NCBI GenBank assembly: GCA_964597355.1
Contig: CAZQWS010000001.1
Location: forward strand, 24,279-88,278
Length of the DNA: 64,000 bases
DNA from: an uncultured Bdellovibrionales bacterium
Lineage (GTDB): Bacteria; Patescibacteriota; Minisyncoccia; Moranbacterales; UBA1568
Reading direction: 5' to 3'
The position numbers and the translations under genes are program-made. The notes beneath the pieces are model-generated. The model searched no databases, was not told the DNA's origin, and was given only the letters and a program-made list of their open reading frames with translations. Below are positions 18,936 through 27,800 of the stretch, in pieces. Within the stretch, counting starts at the first letter, position 1. Every line of letters starts with the position of its first letter.

Positions 18936-19476
18936 AACCGTTCACAAGTACCATATAGATAGGATACACCACAATTGAGAATTCCCATTTTTCAATAGCG
19001 ACCACATTCAAGAGATTGGAAAAGACTGTGACCGACCACGCCAAGAGATCTTCGCTCCATGGATCAACAAAACTCTTCACCAATGTTGGCACTATGCCGA
19101 GAAAGTCTATCCCGATATTAATAAGCAACGTAAAGAATGGACTGTCAGTTGCTATCCATAAAATAACACTCACCCCACAACCAACAAGGCAAAAGATATC
19201 GAGTCGGCTCATGCCACCCTCCCCATATTTGAAAGCCAAGAGTGCCGCAATGAGTGGCCCAATAGTATAAGCGACCGGAATCCAGAGCGTGTTTCTCGCT
19301 CCCGAGGCATAGTAACTGGACAAAATTAAAATCCCTACGATAGTAAGGATTATCCACGTCGCTCGATTGGGGCGAGATCGGCCTTGAACAATGGAAATAT
19401 AGTAGAGAATGAAAGCAACAAATGAAAGAAGTCCTGCGAGTTTACCAATGAGTTCAATCGTTTGGCTTTCAAACAT
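18877..19476 (-). CDS. Integral membrane protein, possibly PnuC-like (nicotinamide riboside transporter family)
   Basis: 199 aa, ~6-7 TM. N-terminal IELIGKLAGLL and C-terminal DPWSED...EKWEF...VNGFVV resemble the PnuC patterns (WIE..G..AGLL; FW.DS...ENW..W). Resemblance judged by eye only. Confidence 0.45.
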   Translation of the reverse strand: MFESQTIELIGKLAGLLSFVAFILYYISIVQGRSRPNRATWIILTIVGILILSSYYASGARNTLWIPVAYTIGPLIAALLAFKYGEGGMSRLDIFCLVGCGVSVILWIATDSPFFTLLINIGIDFLGIVPTLVKSFVDPWSEDLLAWSVTVFSNLLNVVAIEKWEFSIVVYPIYMVLVNGFVVLFLLKKFLPFKTYGNH

Positions 19477-19488
19477 ATCGTCTGGTTA

Positions 19489-19962
19489 TCATTCACTGGC
19501 CAGGTTTTGTTCCGGATACTTCTTGCCGCGTTCGATAAAGTTCACTTCGGTATCCGTGAGATCAAACTGCTTTACGAAATAATTGATCACGTGATCTACT
19601 GATAAACCGTTTTTACACGTATACACATCTATACTGACAAATCCCCGTCCAGGGAAAGTATGGATACTAATATGACTCTCGGCAATGACGACAAAGCCGC
19701 TCCAGCCACCCGGGTCTTTCTTGCCATTCCCCTCTGCGAAGTACACTTCTGGACCGGCCAAAATATGCATGTCGAGCATGTCAGGAAGTTCTTGAAGACA
19801 GCGTAGTACCAACTCTTTGTTGTTGAGTTTCTCAGCATTGCCACCGTAGCCATCGAGCGTCAAATGTTCACCAAAGTGTTTCATAAAACAAATCTGCTTT
19901 TGTATAGAGTTAAAAGAGAACTTCTGTTCCCTTGAAATAATTATAACACGTTTCTTAGCCAT
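19489..19962 (-). CDS. speH: S-adenosylmethionine decarboxylase proenzyme (SpeH, class 1a/archaeal type)
   Basis: HFGEHLTLDGYG and the autoprocessing site IAESHISIHTFPGRGF (ES|H serinolysis motif). 157 aa. Confidence 0.85.
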   Translation of the reverse strand: MAKKRVIIISREQKFSFNSIQKQICFMKHFGEHLTLDGYGGNAEKLNNKELVLRCLQELPDMLDMHILAGPEVYFAEGNGKKDPGGWSGFVVIAESHISIHTFPGRGFVSIDVYTCKNGLSVDHVINYFVKQFDLTDTEVNFIERGKKYPEQNLASE

Positions 19963-19988
19963 CTTAGAACGAAACTACTATCCTAAAG

Positions 19989-21059
19989 CTATTTATTCAG
20001 CTTTAAGGTAGCCACAACTTGATCTACAAGACTATCTCCATCACCCCAACGAAGCACTGACGTGCTTTTTCCATTATTTAAAGTCACTGCCCATACTCTT
20101 TCATTTTTATCTCCATAATGCGTGAGAAAGACTATTTCCCTACCCTGATTTCCATTAAAACTTATCAATTTATCTGACAAGATATCTTCTTTTGGATAAT
20201 CTAAGAGCATTTTTTTATGAACTTCTTCCAAATCTCCCTCTCGTACTTCAATTTTTAATCCTGTACAACAACCCTCAAAGTAACTCTCCGGACTTATGAG
20301 AAGCGTCGGGACGCCTCCTATCTTCTGAAAGTTTTTTGGCGCCTCCCAATCTGCTGGATACTTAAGCTCAAACCCATATTCATCGTTTCGATAAACTTTC
20401 CAATCAGCTATATCTGGTGATGAAAGTCTAAACGAGTTTATTACCCTCCTTAAATTCTCTTCAATAGAAGGATCTCCACTCTCTCCGTAGATATATTCAA
20501 ACTGGATAATATATTCCCCTAGCTTCAAAATAGAAATTTTGTGATTAGCTCCAAAGTTCTCACTAGGATTTTGATCCCAGTAGGGTTCAAACTCAATATA
20601 ATCGTTCCCATGAATCTTAGATTCTTTATACTGTTGTTTTACTTCATCAACAAAAAGCAGTCTAGATGCATCATCGTACCGTAAATACCTATCTTTAATT
20701 GAAAGATTCTTCGGATTATCGGAAACCCACACGCTTATTTCACCAACTGAATAGATAGGCTCATTTTCTTTTGATGGTGCATATCCTAAAAGCACGGGCT
20801 TAAAGTCTTTTGTCTTGAAGTAGAAGACTGACATTAAGAGAGACGCATTATCTAATTCCCACTCTGAAGGCAATTGATACTCGAATCCGTATTCCTCATT
20901 CTTGTATGCCTTCCATGTATTCATGCTAGCTAACGGCTCTGGGTTATCCTCACCGGTTTGAGGTAGATTTGTTGTTAGAGTCCTTTCTTTCCATACAAAA
21001 AAAGTTCCTCCAATAAATAAGGAGATGGCTACAGCCGAAATAATAATCTTGTTTCTCAT
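19989..21059 (-). CDS. Hypothetical secreted/membrane-anchored protein with two copies of a Y-x-N-E-E-YGF-x-Y-x-P-x-W-E domain
   Basis: Signal anchor MRNKIIISAVAISLFIGGTFFVW. Internal repeats YKNEEYGFEYQLPSEWELD and YRNDEYGFELKYPADWEAP. Lies in an AT-rich island. Confidence 0.6.
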   Translation of the reverse strand: MRNKIIISAVAISLFIGGTFFVWKERTLTTNLPQTGEDNPEPLASMNTWKAYKNEEYGFEYQLPSEWELDNASLLMSVFYFKTKDFKPVLLGYAPSKENEPIYSVGEISVWVSDNPKNLSIKDRYLRYDDASRLLFVDEVKQQYKESKIHGNDYIEFEPYWDQNPSENFGANHKISILKLGEYIIQFEYIYGESGDPSIEENLRRVINSFRLSSPDIADWKVYRNDEYGFELKYPADWEAPKNFQKIGGVPTLLISPESYFEGCCTGLKIEVREGDLEEVHKKMLLDYPKEDILSDKLISFNGNQGREIVFLTHYGDKNERVWAVTLNNGKSTSVLRWGDGDSLVDQVVATLKLNK

Positions 21060-21121
21060 GTTCTTAGAGTACCAGATTTCCCAAAAAATGGCTGAGCTTA
21101 TGGGACAAAGTTAGGACGACT

Positions 21122-22006
21122 TCAAGTCCTTATGATGGCACCAATAAAAGAATTCCCATTATCCAAAATACTATAATTTAAACCGTGTAATTCTTTTTCA
21201 AATTCTTCCTTTGTTTTTCTATAAGATTGGAAAAGGCGAAGCTCATCCCCAATCTTCAAGCCCATCTCTTCAAGCGCTTTAGGAACTGCCAGTAGTTTAC
21301 AGGTAATAGCTATTTCCTCATTGGCTAGTCTTTGAGTAACATCATCCAATTCTAGACCAAGCAGACTAAGCTTCTGGTCACAAGCTGGAGCCACGTACTT
21401 TTGATAAACTTCTTTCAATTTAGAAATATCTACGCGTTCTCTTAGTTGCATATCTAACCAGATAAAACCATCTTTACCTGCGATCTTTTCAAGTAAGCTT
21501 AAAATCTTTGAAGACTCATAGTTAGCAAAAGTCTGTCCTACTAACGACACAAAACGAGGGATAGCGGCATCGCTTAAATTATCGGGTAATTCTTCAAAAG
21601 AAGATAGGATTGGATTTGCCTGGATATTCTGCTTCTCAGCATTATCTTTCGCTATATTTAAAAAGTATTCACTGATATCAACTGGCGTATATATAAACTT
21701 TTTATTTTGTTTTTGAAATTCACGAAAGAAATAGTTTTCTTTATGTTCAGTTCCGGGACCCAAATCTATATATTCAAACTCATAGGGAAGCATTTTAGAT
21801 ACTGCTTCAACTGTTGATTGTATATGTAAATGTTCGTCTTTGGTAACCAACTGAACGTAAGGAGACTCATCAATCTGAGCAGACTCGTAAGCTTGCTGCC
21901 CTTGTGGTGAATAAAGAAGAAGCGAGTCGGAATAATCCCACAAGTTTTCTTCTCGTTTTTTAAGCGATTCTAGAGCTCTCTTTTTGAACCATGTCAGATC
22001 GTACAT
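21122..22006 (-). CDS. EgtD-like (Methyltransf_33 family) SAM-dependent methyltransferase
   Basis: WDYSDSLLLYSPQGQQAYESAQIDESPY and IDLGPGTEHKENYF...YTPVDISEYFL parallel the EgtD signatures (YFYD..GS.LFE.I..LPEYY; ELGSGTS.KT..LL; Y.P.DIS). 294 aa. Confidence 0.5.
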   Translation of the reverse strand: MYDLTWFKKRALESLKKREENLWDYSDSLLLYSPQGQQAYESAQIDESPYVQLVTKDEHLHIQSTVEAVSKMLPYEFEYIDLGPGTEHKENYFFREFQKQNKKFIYTPVDISEYFLNIAKDNAEKQNIQANPILSSFEELPDNLSDAAIPRFVSLVGQTFANYESSKILSLLEKIAGKDGFIWLDMQLRERVDISKLKEVYQKYVAPACDQKLSLLGLELDDVTQRLANEEIAITCKLLAVPKALEEMGLKIGDELRLFQSYRKTKEEFEKELHGLNYSILDNGNSFIGAIIRT

Positions 22007-22046
22007 AACCTGAGTATATCAGCTAGGCTTGCAGGACGAAGTGAAG

Positions 22047-22577
22047 TTATTCTAGCCAGTCGGGCTTCTCTTTAAGCATAACTATCGCCGCATCAAATTC
22101 GTTGTAATTGTTGGTTAGTTCCTCATCAACTTCGATGTCTCTATTGGCTATAAAGTATGGTTCAGATGAAATACTTTTATCGACTACCACCGATAAGTTA
22201 TGGTGTTTTTGATCATGATTGGTATAAAGCGCGGGATCATTTTCTGGAGGAAAAATATACTTACCTGACGATGCTGAAAGATAAGCAACCTTCTCCAAGT
22301 ACTTTTTTTCTTCATTACTAAGCTTTGTATACTCTTCCACAGATATGGATTGATCATGCTCGGGAGCATACTTCCAAACAACTTCACCTTTCTTGATTTT
22401 CTGAAAAGTAAAAACGCCTTTCCCTTCAATGATTGATTCTTTTACGTAAACAGGAAATAGATACATAGTTTTGAATGCTGAACTTATGAGACAAAGCTGA
22501 GGCTGGTTTAGTGAAAACTTTCTTACTTGAGCTTCAACGAGTGAATGATTGATTGACCTATAGGAAGATATTTCCAT
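22047..22577 (-). CDS. SET-domain protein (putative lysine methyltransferase)
   Basis: GKGVFTFQKIKKGEVVWKY..., TNHDQKHHNL (NHS/C-type motif) and FIANRDIEVDEELTNNY (post-SET-like). The true start may be the internal MYLFPVYVKES at 22466, which removes a 55-nt overlap with the upstream gene. Confidence 0.75.
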   Translation of the reverse strand: MEISSYRSINHSLVEAQVRKFSLNQPQLCLISSAFKTMYLFPVYVKESIIEGKGVFTFQKIKKGEVVWKYAPEHDQSISVEEYTKLSNEEKKYLEKVAYLSASSGKYIFPPENDPALYTNHDQKHHNLSVVVDKSISSEPYFIANRDIEVDEELTNNYNEFDAAIVMLKEKPDWLE

Positions 22578-23185
22578 TCTTCACCCGCCCTATCAATTGG
22601 AAAACCATAAAAATCTATCCAAAGAACAGTCTCATTAGATAGAGATACTGCGTAAGTGTAATTGATTATGCCACCTAAATCCTTTTTACCAACGGTTTCT
22701 TTTCCTAAATATACTGGATGACCACTAATGTCTGCTTCAATGGCCTCTAATATTTCGCCTGGAGCAGCTCCGCCAACGAGATATCTATAGAGTTCTTGAG
22801 GTTTATACCCCTCAAAAACACCCATACTCATCCAGAACTTTTCTATTGGAAAGTTCTTTGATCCCAATGTTATCCCTCTTTCTCCTCCAGCATCTGAGTA
22901 TGACGAACTTGTACGAAGTTCTAAATCGCTTGGGTATTGAAATTGAAAGCCGTATTTTTTATCAGTATATGTCTCCCAGTTTTTAGTATCGATAATGCTA
23001 TCTTCTGGCAGAAAAAATTCCGCCTCGCTAATCTGTTTTTCAGTTGGAACCTCTGGAAAGGAGAAAATGGAAGAATCTATTTCACGATTAGTACGCTCAG
23101 TCTCTTGGATAGTAAATAGCAAAACAACCAGAATGATAGTAAGCAGAAGTGTGAAAGCAACAAAAGGATGGATTATTTGCCGCAT
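22523..23185 (-). CDS. Hypothetical membrane-anchored protein, third copy of the YGF-x-Y-P-x-(W/L)-E domain
   Basis: Signal anchor MRQIIHPFVAFTLLLTIILVVLLF. Motif YTDKKYGFQFQYPSDLEL is paralogous to the 19989..21059 product. Confidence 0.55.
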   Translation of the reverse strand: MRQIIHPFVAFTLLLTIILVVLLFTIQETERTNREIDSSIFSFPEVPTEKQISEAEFFLPEDSIIDTKNWETYTDKKYGFQFQYPSDLELRTSSSYSDAGGERGITLGSKNFPIEKFWMSMGVFEGYKPQELYRYLVGGAAPGEILEAIEADISGHPVYLGKETVGKKDLGGIINYTYAVSLSNETVLWIDFYGFPIDRAGEEWKYLPIGQSIIHSLKLK

Positions 23186-23235
23186 AGATTTTTTCGTACT
23201 GAACTTATGGGGCGAAATTAGAATGTGTTTATGCT

Positions 23236-24222
23236 CTAATCAGATTTATGTAAGCAGTGTTGGAATAACACCATCAATACATTCATAACGAGGAGAGCAT
23301 CTCTAGATTTAACCAACTCTGTATTTGGTTTGGCGGTACTTTTCTTGGCTCGTTCTGCTGGCAAAAACTTACTGATAACTTCAATCATTGGTTCAACAAA
23401 ACGATCAGAAGAAACGATGTTTTGGTCTTTTGCGATCCTAAATAGCTCTTTTAATTCTCCTTTGCCGTTTTTCCCCTCCTCACTGACTAGAATCTGAAAA
23501 AATCTCTGAACTGCTCTATGGGCTATTGTGATTGTTTCTTGGTAATCCTTATTTTTAAATTTTTCGAACATTATTTTTAAGTCGTCGCTTACGGATTTCC
23601 ACTTTGGGTCGGAAAGTATATTTAGTGTTGGAATATAGATATCCTCTAAAATCTTATCATCTTGTCGTGGAACAAATCCGCTCCTTGTTACCACTATATT
23701 GATAGAAAATTGTTCAAATATATGGTTTAAACAATTCGCTAATCTGTTAAATTTTTCAAAAGCTTTGTTTAGATTCTCGCCTCTTTTTTCGTCATTTTCA
23801 GCTTTTCTTGCCCAATCGTAATATGTCCAATCAATATACTCACTCGCTAACTTTGAAAGCATTCTGTAAACTAACGAACTTGATTTTTCATTAAGTAATA
23901 CGTCTTTAAAGTCCTCATAAGCCGCTTTCATCTGAATATACTCTTTTTGATTATAGCGATCGTAAGAATTTTCTGGCTCCACGTCGTGTAAACGCTTCCC
24001 CGGGAGCACTCTTAGAAAATGATGATTCATGTAACTTATAGTAGTTAACAATTCTTTCGAATACTCGTTGAGCCATCCATTGTTAACTAACTGCTTTATA
24101 GCGATTTCTTTTTCAGAAGATTTTAAATCAATCCAATCTCTTAGTTGGAGTTTTGGCTGAATCTCGGCTTCTGTCTTTGCGTCACCATCCCCAAATAAGC
24201 GGAATATTGGCAATTTTGGCAT
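23236..24222 (-). CDS. Hypothetical protein (328 aa, helical, no recognisable domain)
   Basis: Long AT-rich ORF (MPKLPIFRLFGDGDAKTEAEIQ...) ending the island. Nothing competes on either strand. Confidence 0.55.
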   Translation of the reverse strand: MPKLPIFRLFGDGDAKTEAEIQPKLQLRDWIDLKSSEKEIAIKQLVNNGWLNEYSKELLTTISYMNHHFLRVLPGKRLHDVEPENSYDRYNQKEYIQMKAAYEDFKDVLLNEKSSSLVYRMLSKLASEYIDWTYYDWARKAENDEKRGENLNKAFEKFNRLANCLNHIFEQFSINIVVTRSGFVPRQDDKILEDIYIPTLNILSDPKWKSVSDDLKIMFEKFKNKDYQETITIAHRAVQRFFQILVSEEGKNGKGELKELFRIAKDQNIVSSDRFVEPMIEVISKFLPAERAKKSTAKPNTELVKSRDALLVMNVLMVLFQHCLHKSD

Positions 24223-24387
24223 AACAATCTTACAGTAAGGATCATCAACTGAAATATAGGCCTAATTCAGGTATTTATCAAACGAAAACTTATTTGATTT
24301 CCACCCTCTTTTTGCCTATACTAAAGCCATTATGGAGCGATTTGACCCCGCACCAGAACAGACTCGGTAAAGTGGTTTCACAAGGTA

Positions 24388-26214
24388 ATGGTAAATACTG
24401 TTCGAATGCGGGGTTTCGCTTCCAAAATACTTACGAAATATTTCCTGAAAATGCACTGGTACAGCTCAATTTTGTGGAAAAACATGACGCCCTGGGCCAA
24501 AGCCACCGGGGGTTTTCTTTTGTCGCTCACGTTCCTTCTCATCCTCACTCTCTTTGGGGGAATGTACACGCCACTCATTATTCTCGCCCTCATTCCTTTG
24601 GCCTTTGGCCTGGGGAGCGCTCTCGGGGTACTCATCCGTGAGAAAGATTGGGTCCGACTGGGGCTCCTCGCTACCATCATCCTCGCCGCGTGGATCAATC
24701 TCGCCGGTGAAACACCGAGTATCTTCACCGGCCGCGATCAGGGCTCGATCGCCGAAGCCGCCTGGCGCCTGGCCGAAAACCATGAACTCTATTGGTCAAC
24801 TGACGCCACCCAAGCTTTCTTTGAGATTTATGGGGTTGGTACCGCACTCAATTTCCCGGGCTTTGCCTATACCGAAGCTGGTTCTCTCATCACTCAATTC
24901 CCCCTCGCCTATACCGCTTGGCTCGCTGGCTTTGTCGGTTGGCTCGGACTCTCGGGATACGCTATCGCCAACACCCTACTTCTCCTCATCGCCGCTTGGA
25001 CCTTTTTTGAACTCACTCATCTCTTCACTCGTACCACCACCGCCTTGGTCGGGACGCTCCTCTTCTCACTCTCCTTTCTCCCCACGTGGATGCTCCACCT
25101 GACCTTGAGTGAACATCTCGCCCTCGCGCTTTTCCTTATCCTCGGCTATTCCCTCATTCTCCTTCGCCGTCATCCGACTGACAGGACTTGGCATAGCCTC
25201 ACCTTCCTCACCGCGAGCCTCTTCCTCTTTACCCGGATCGAAGGCTTTGTCTTCTTTGGCATTACCCTCCTTATCATTGGTTTGACCCGACCGCTCCGTA
25301 CCTTCCTCCTCGAGTCACCCCTCCGTCGCCTCATCCTCCCCTCTCTCATCCTCGGTTTTATTTTTCTCCGTGATTTCTTTATCAACTTGCCTTTCTACAA
25401 AATGATCGGGAAGGCGGTTATGAAGAATTGGCAAGAACTCACCGTGCTAGGAAACGGGGTCGCTTCAAGTACGACAGTGCCCTCAGAAACCATTTTCGCC
25501 ATCTTTGGCCAGTACGGGCTTATTGCTGTTTTTATCCTCGGTGGCGTGGGGATTGGGCTCGCTTTGTGGCGAGAGAAACGCGAGACCCTCATCATCCTTG
25601 CTCTCGCTCTGCCTACTTTCATTTACCTCGTCGATGCCCACATCACACCCGATCATCCTTGGATGCTCCGCCGTTACTACTTCACTTTGTGGCCGACCTT
25701 TGTCTTCTTTACCATCTACCTATGGCATTTCGTCGAAGCGCATTTCCCTCGTTTCCGTTCGCAAACGATTATTTTTGTCGTGGCATTTTTTCTCCTCGTC
25801 GTGCATTATCCGGCTGCTCGAGCTGCATGGCAAGCCGATGAGTACTCGAGCCTCTATGCTGTAACCACTGAGCTCGCCGAACGCTTTGGGAGCCGTGACC
25901 TCATCCTCATCGACCGGTTAGTTTCAGGCGACCCCTTCCGTCTTCTCGCTGGACCAATGAGCGCGCTCTTTGAGGAACAAGCCGTATACTTCTTCAATCC
26001 CGAAGACCTCGATCGATTAAACACTGAACCATTTGAACGCGTTTTCCTCCTCGTCCCTACCGAACACACTGAGTGGGCCAAAGTCACTTGGGGCGAACAA
26101 CTAACCGAACGTGAGGTGATCACTTTCCCCCGCTCGACCCTCACTGCCCATGACCAAGGCGCTCCTACCAATACCAAACAGGTATCCCAAGCTACTTTGT
26201 TTGAACTCAAATAA
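24388..26214 (+). CDS. Polytopic membrane protein, putative GT-C family glycosyltransferase (ArnT/PMT-like)
   Basis: More than 12 TM segments with a C-terminal soluble domain. Strongly GC-rich with hydrophobic codon usage. The start is uncertain; MTPWAKATGG... at ~24484 is possible. Confidence 0.55.
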   Translation: MVNTVRMRGFASKILTKYFLKMHWYSSILWKNMTPWAKATGGFLLSLTFLLILTLFGGMYTPLIILALIPLAFGLGSALGVLIREKDWVRLGLLATIILAAWINLAGETPSIFTGRDQGSIAEAAWRLAENHELYWSTDATQAFFEIYGVGTALNFPGFAYTEAGSLITQFPLAYTAWLAGFVGWLGLSGYAIANTLLLLIAAWTFFELTHLFTRTTTALVGTLLFSLSFLPTWMLHLTLSEHLALALFLILGYSLILLRRHPTDRTWHSLTFLTASLFLFTRIEGFVFFGITLLIIGLTRPLRTFLLESPLRRLILPSLILGFIFLRDFFINLPFYKMIGKAVMKNWQELTVLGNGVASSTTVPSETIFAIFGQYGLIAVFILGGVGIGLALWREKRETLIILALALPTFIYLVDAHITPDHPWMLRRYYFTLWPTFVFFTIYLWHFVEAHFPRFRSQTIIFVVAFFLLVVHYPAARAAWQADEYSSLYAVTTELAERFGSRDLILIDRLVSGDPFRLLAGPMSALFEEQAVYFFNPEDLDRLNTEPFERVFLLVPTEHTEWAKVTWGEQLTEREVITFPRSTLTAHDQGAPTNTKQVSQATLFELK

Positions 26215-26215
26215 T

Positions 26216-27376
26216 ATGTTCCGATCTCCCCTCCCTATTCCCGAATCACAGAGCCTTCTCTACCGACGCCTCCGAGTGCTCCTTTGGATCGTGATTGTTT
26301 TTGGTGGCGGCGCTTTTATTCTCTCGCTACTCTTCCCTACCATCACCCAAAGTTTTGATTTCGATAATCCAGGGAGTAGCCGTAATACCATCATCGAACC
26401 TCGCGCTCCTGACACTACCCCCCTCACCACCGGCAAAGTCAGTCCAGACCAAAACATGGTGGCCAATACGAGCCTCCTCGGGGATTTTTCTTCGGCGACG
26501 ATCCGCTTTACGCTCGAAGACGACTCGGCCTTGCCCCAAGCTCCCACTGCCACGCTCCGCCGGGCTTACCGCTCTCTCCTGCTTCCTTTGGGCGAGCCTA
26601 TCGATGCTGTCCAGAGAGAAACCATCGTGCGGAGTGGTGACACCTATTACGTGTTTGAAAACAACACCCTCTTCCCTTTTATAAGCGAAGCCGCCTATCG
26701 CTCCCGCTTTGATGAAGAGCAGCCAGTCATCGATGTGGATACCAATGCCCTGAGTCGCTTCCCTCGTGCAGAAACTCAAATCGGTTTCCGGATAGGCTCC
26801 CTCGTTTCTTTTGCCGACGGAGTCTTTGTCGTGACGAGCCCCACTGAAATCCGTCCTATCGGGAGCGCTGAAATCCTCCTCGCCCTCGGTTACCGTTTCG
26901 AAGACGTGAAGAGTGCTAGCGAAGAAGAACTCGGTCTCTATGAACGCGGTCGCATCATCCTTCTCAATACGCCGCATGCCGATGGCACGCTCTTCCGCGA
27001 TCTCGATACAGAGGAAGTATTCATCGTCGAAGGCGGGAAACGCCGAGTGATCGCTGACGCAGCGTACCGTGCTTTCCTCGAAAGAGAGCAGCGGCCTATC
27101 CCTACTCGCACAAGCGACCGCGACGAAAGCGTCTCATGCAATCCCGAAGCTGGTATCTTCCCGCGCACGTATCGCTGTGAAGTACTCCTCGAGCGTTTCC
27201 GGGATAATGCCGGATTTGACTATGAACTCACGCTCGGAAGTACGGACCAAGCGTTTGAAATAGAGACCCTCAACCTTGCGTTCAATACCCATCTCACGCT
27301 CGACAATGCCCGAACCCTCGTCGCAAAAGTGAAACAACGCATCCTCGTTCGTTTCGGTCTCGCTCCACAACCATAA
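26216..27376 (+). CDS. Hypothetical N-terminally anchored protein
   Basis: The ATG at 26216 immediately follows the upstream stop (MFRSPLPIP...). A TM segment VLLWIVIVFGGGAFILSLLF precedes a ~330-aa soluble region. The track's 26150 start would overlap the previous gene. Confidence 0.55.
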   Translation: MFRSPLPIPESQSLLYRRLRVLLWIVIVFGGGAFILSLLFPTITQSFDFDNPGSSRNTIIEPRAPDTTPLTTGKVSPDQNMVANTSLLGDFSSATIRFTLEDDSALPQAPTATLRRAYRSLLLPLGEPIDAVQRETIVRSGDTYYVFENNTLFPFISEAAYRSRFDEEQPVIDVDTNALSRFPRAETQIGFRIGSLVSFADGVFVVTSPTEIRPIGSAEILLALGYRFEDVKSASEEELGLYERGRIILLNTPHADGTLFRDLDTEEVFIVEGGKRRVIADAAYRAFLEREQRPIPTRTSDRDESVSCNPEAGIFPRTYRCEVLLERFRDNAGFDYELTLGSTDQAFEIETLNLAFNTHLTLDNARTLVAKVKQRILVRFGLAPQP

Positions 27377-27386
27377 CCCTTTCCGT

Positions 27387-27800
27387 ATGCTCTCTTCCCT
27401 CCAGCAAAAAATAGCTACGTGGAAACAAAGCGGGATGCTCGCCATCTTGGCCGCGCTTCTCCTTGAACTCCTCCTCGTGCTGTGGATCGGTTTCTTGGTC
27501 CTCTTTGCTCTCGAAACTTTGCTCCCTACCTTTATTACCATTCGTCTCTCACTCGCGAATTTTCTCGCCATCCTCGTCCTGGGCACCGTGTTCTATCTCT
27601 TTCTCGAAAAAGAGCTCAATCTTCCCACAGACGAAACAAAAACTCCCCGCTTCCTCACCGTAGGAGTCTGGGGATTTTGTTTCATCTTGATCGCTCTTTC
27701 TCTCGCCCGTTTCACCCTTGCTGGCGTCATTATCTTCTTCATCGCCTATCTCATTCTCTGGTGGCTCTTCAGTCAGGTTCTTCGAGAAAAAGAAGCTTAA
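27387..27800 (+). CDS. Hypothetical small membrane protein (4 TM)
   Basis: 137-aa hydrophobic ORF 10 nt downstream of the previous gene. Confidence 0.45.
   Translation: MLSSLQQKIATWKQSGMLAILAALLLELLLVLWIGFLVLFALETLLPTFITIRLSLANFLAILVLGTVFYLFLEKELNLPTDETKTPRFLTVGVWGFCFILIALSLARFTLAGVIIFFIAYLILWWLFSQVLREKEA

Noticed and set aside
24378-26210. Numerous overlapping ORFs on both strands (24378..24728-, 24466..24783-, 24554..25102+, 25428..25841+, 25505..25864+, 25854..26210-)
   Set aside because: The region is GC-rich, so stops are rare in every frame. Only the 608-aa plus-strand frame gives a coherent polytopic membrane protein.
26327-26977. 216-aa minus-strand ORF
   Set aside because: It is antisense to the longer plus-strand gene 26216..27376. 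That gene has a sensible start right after the upstream stop and an N-terminal TM.
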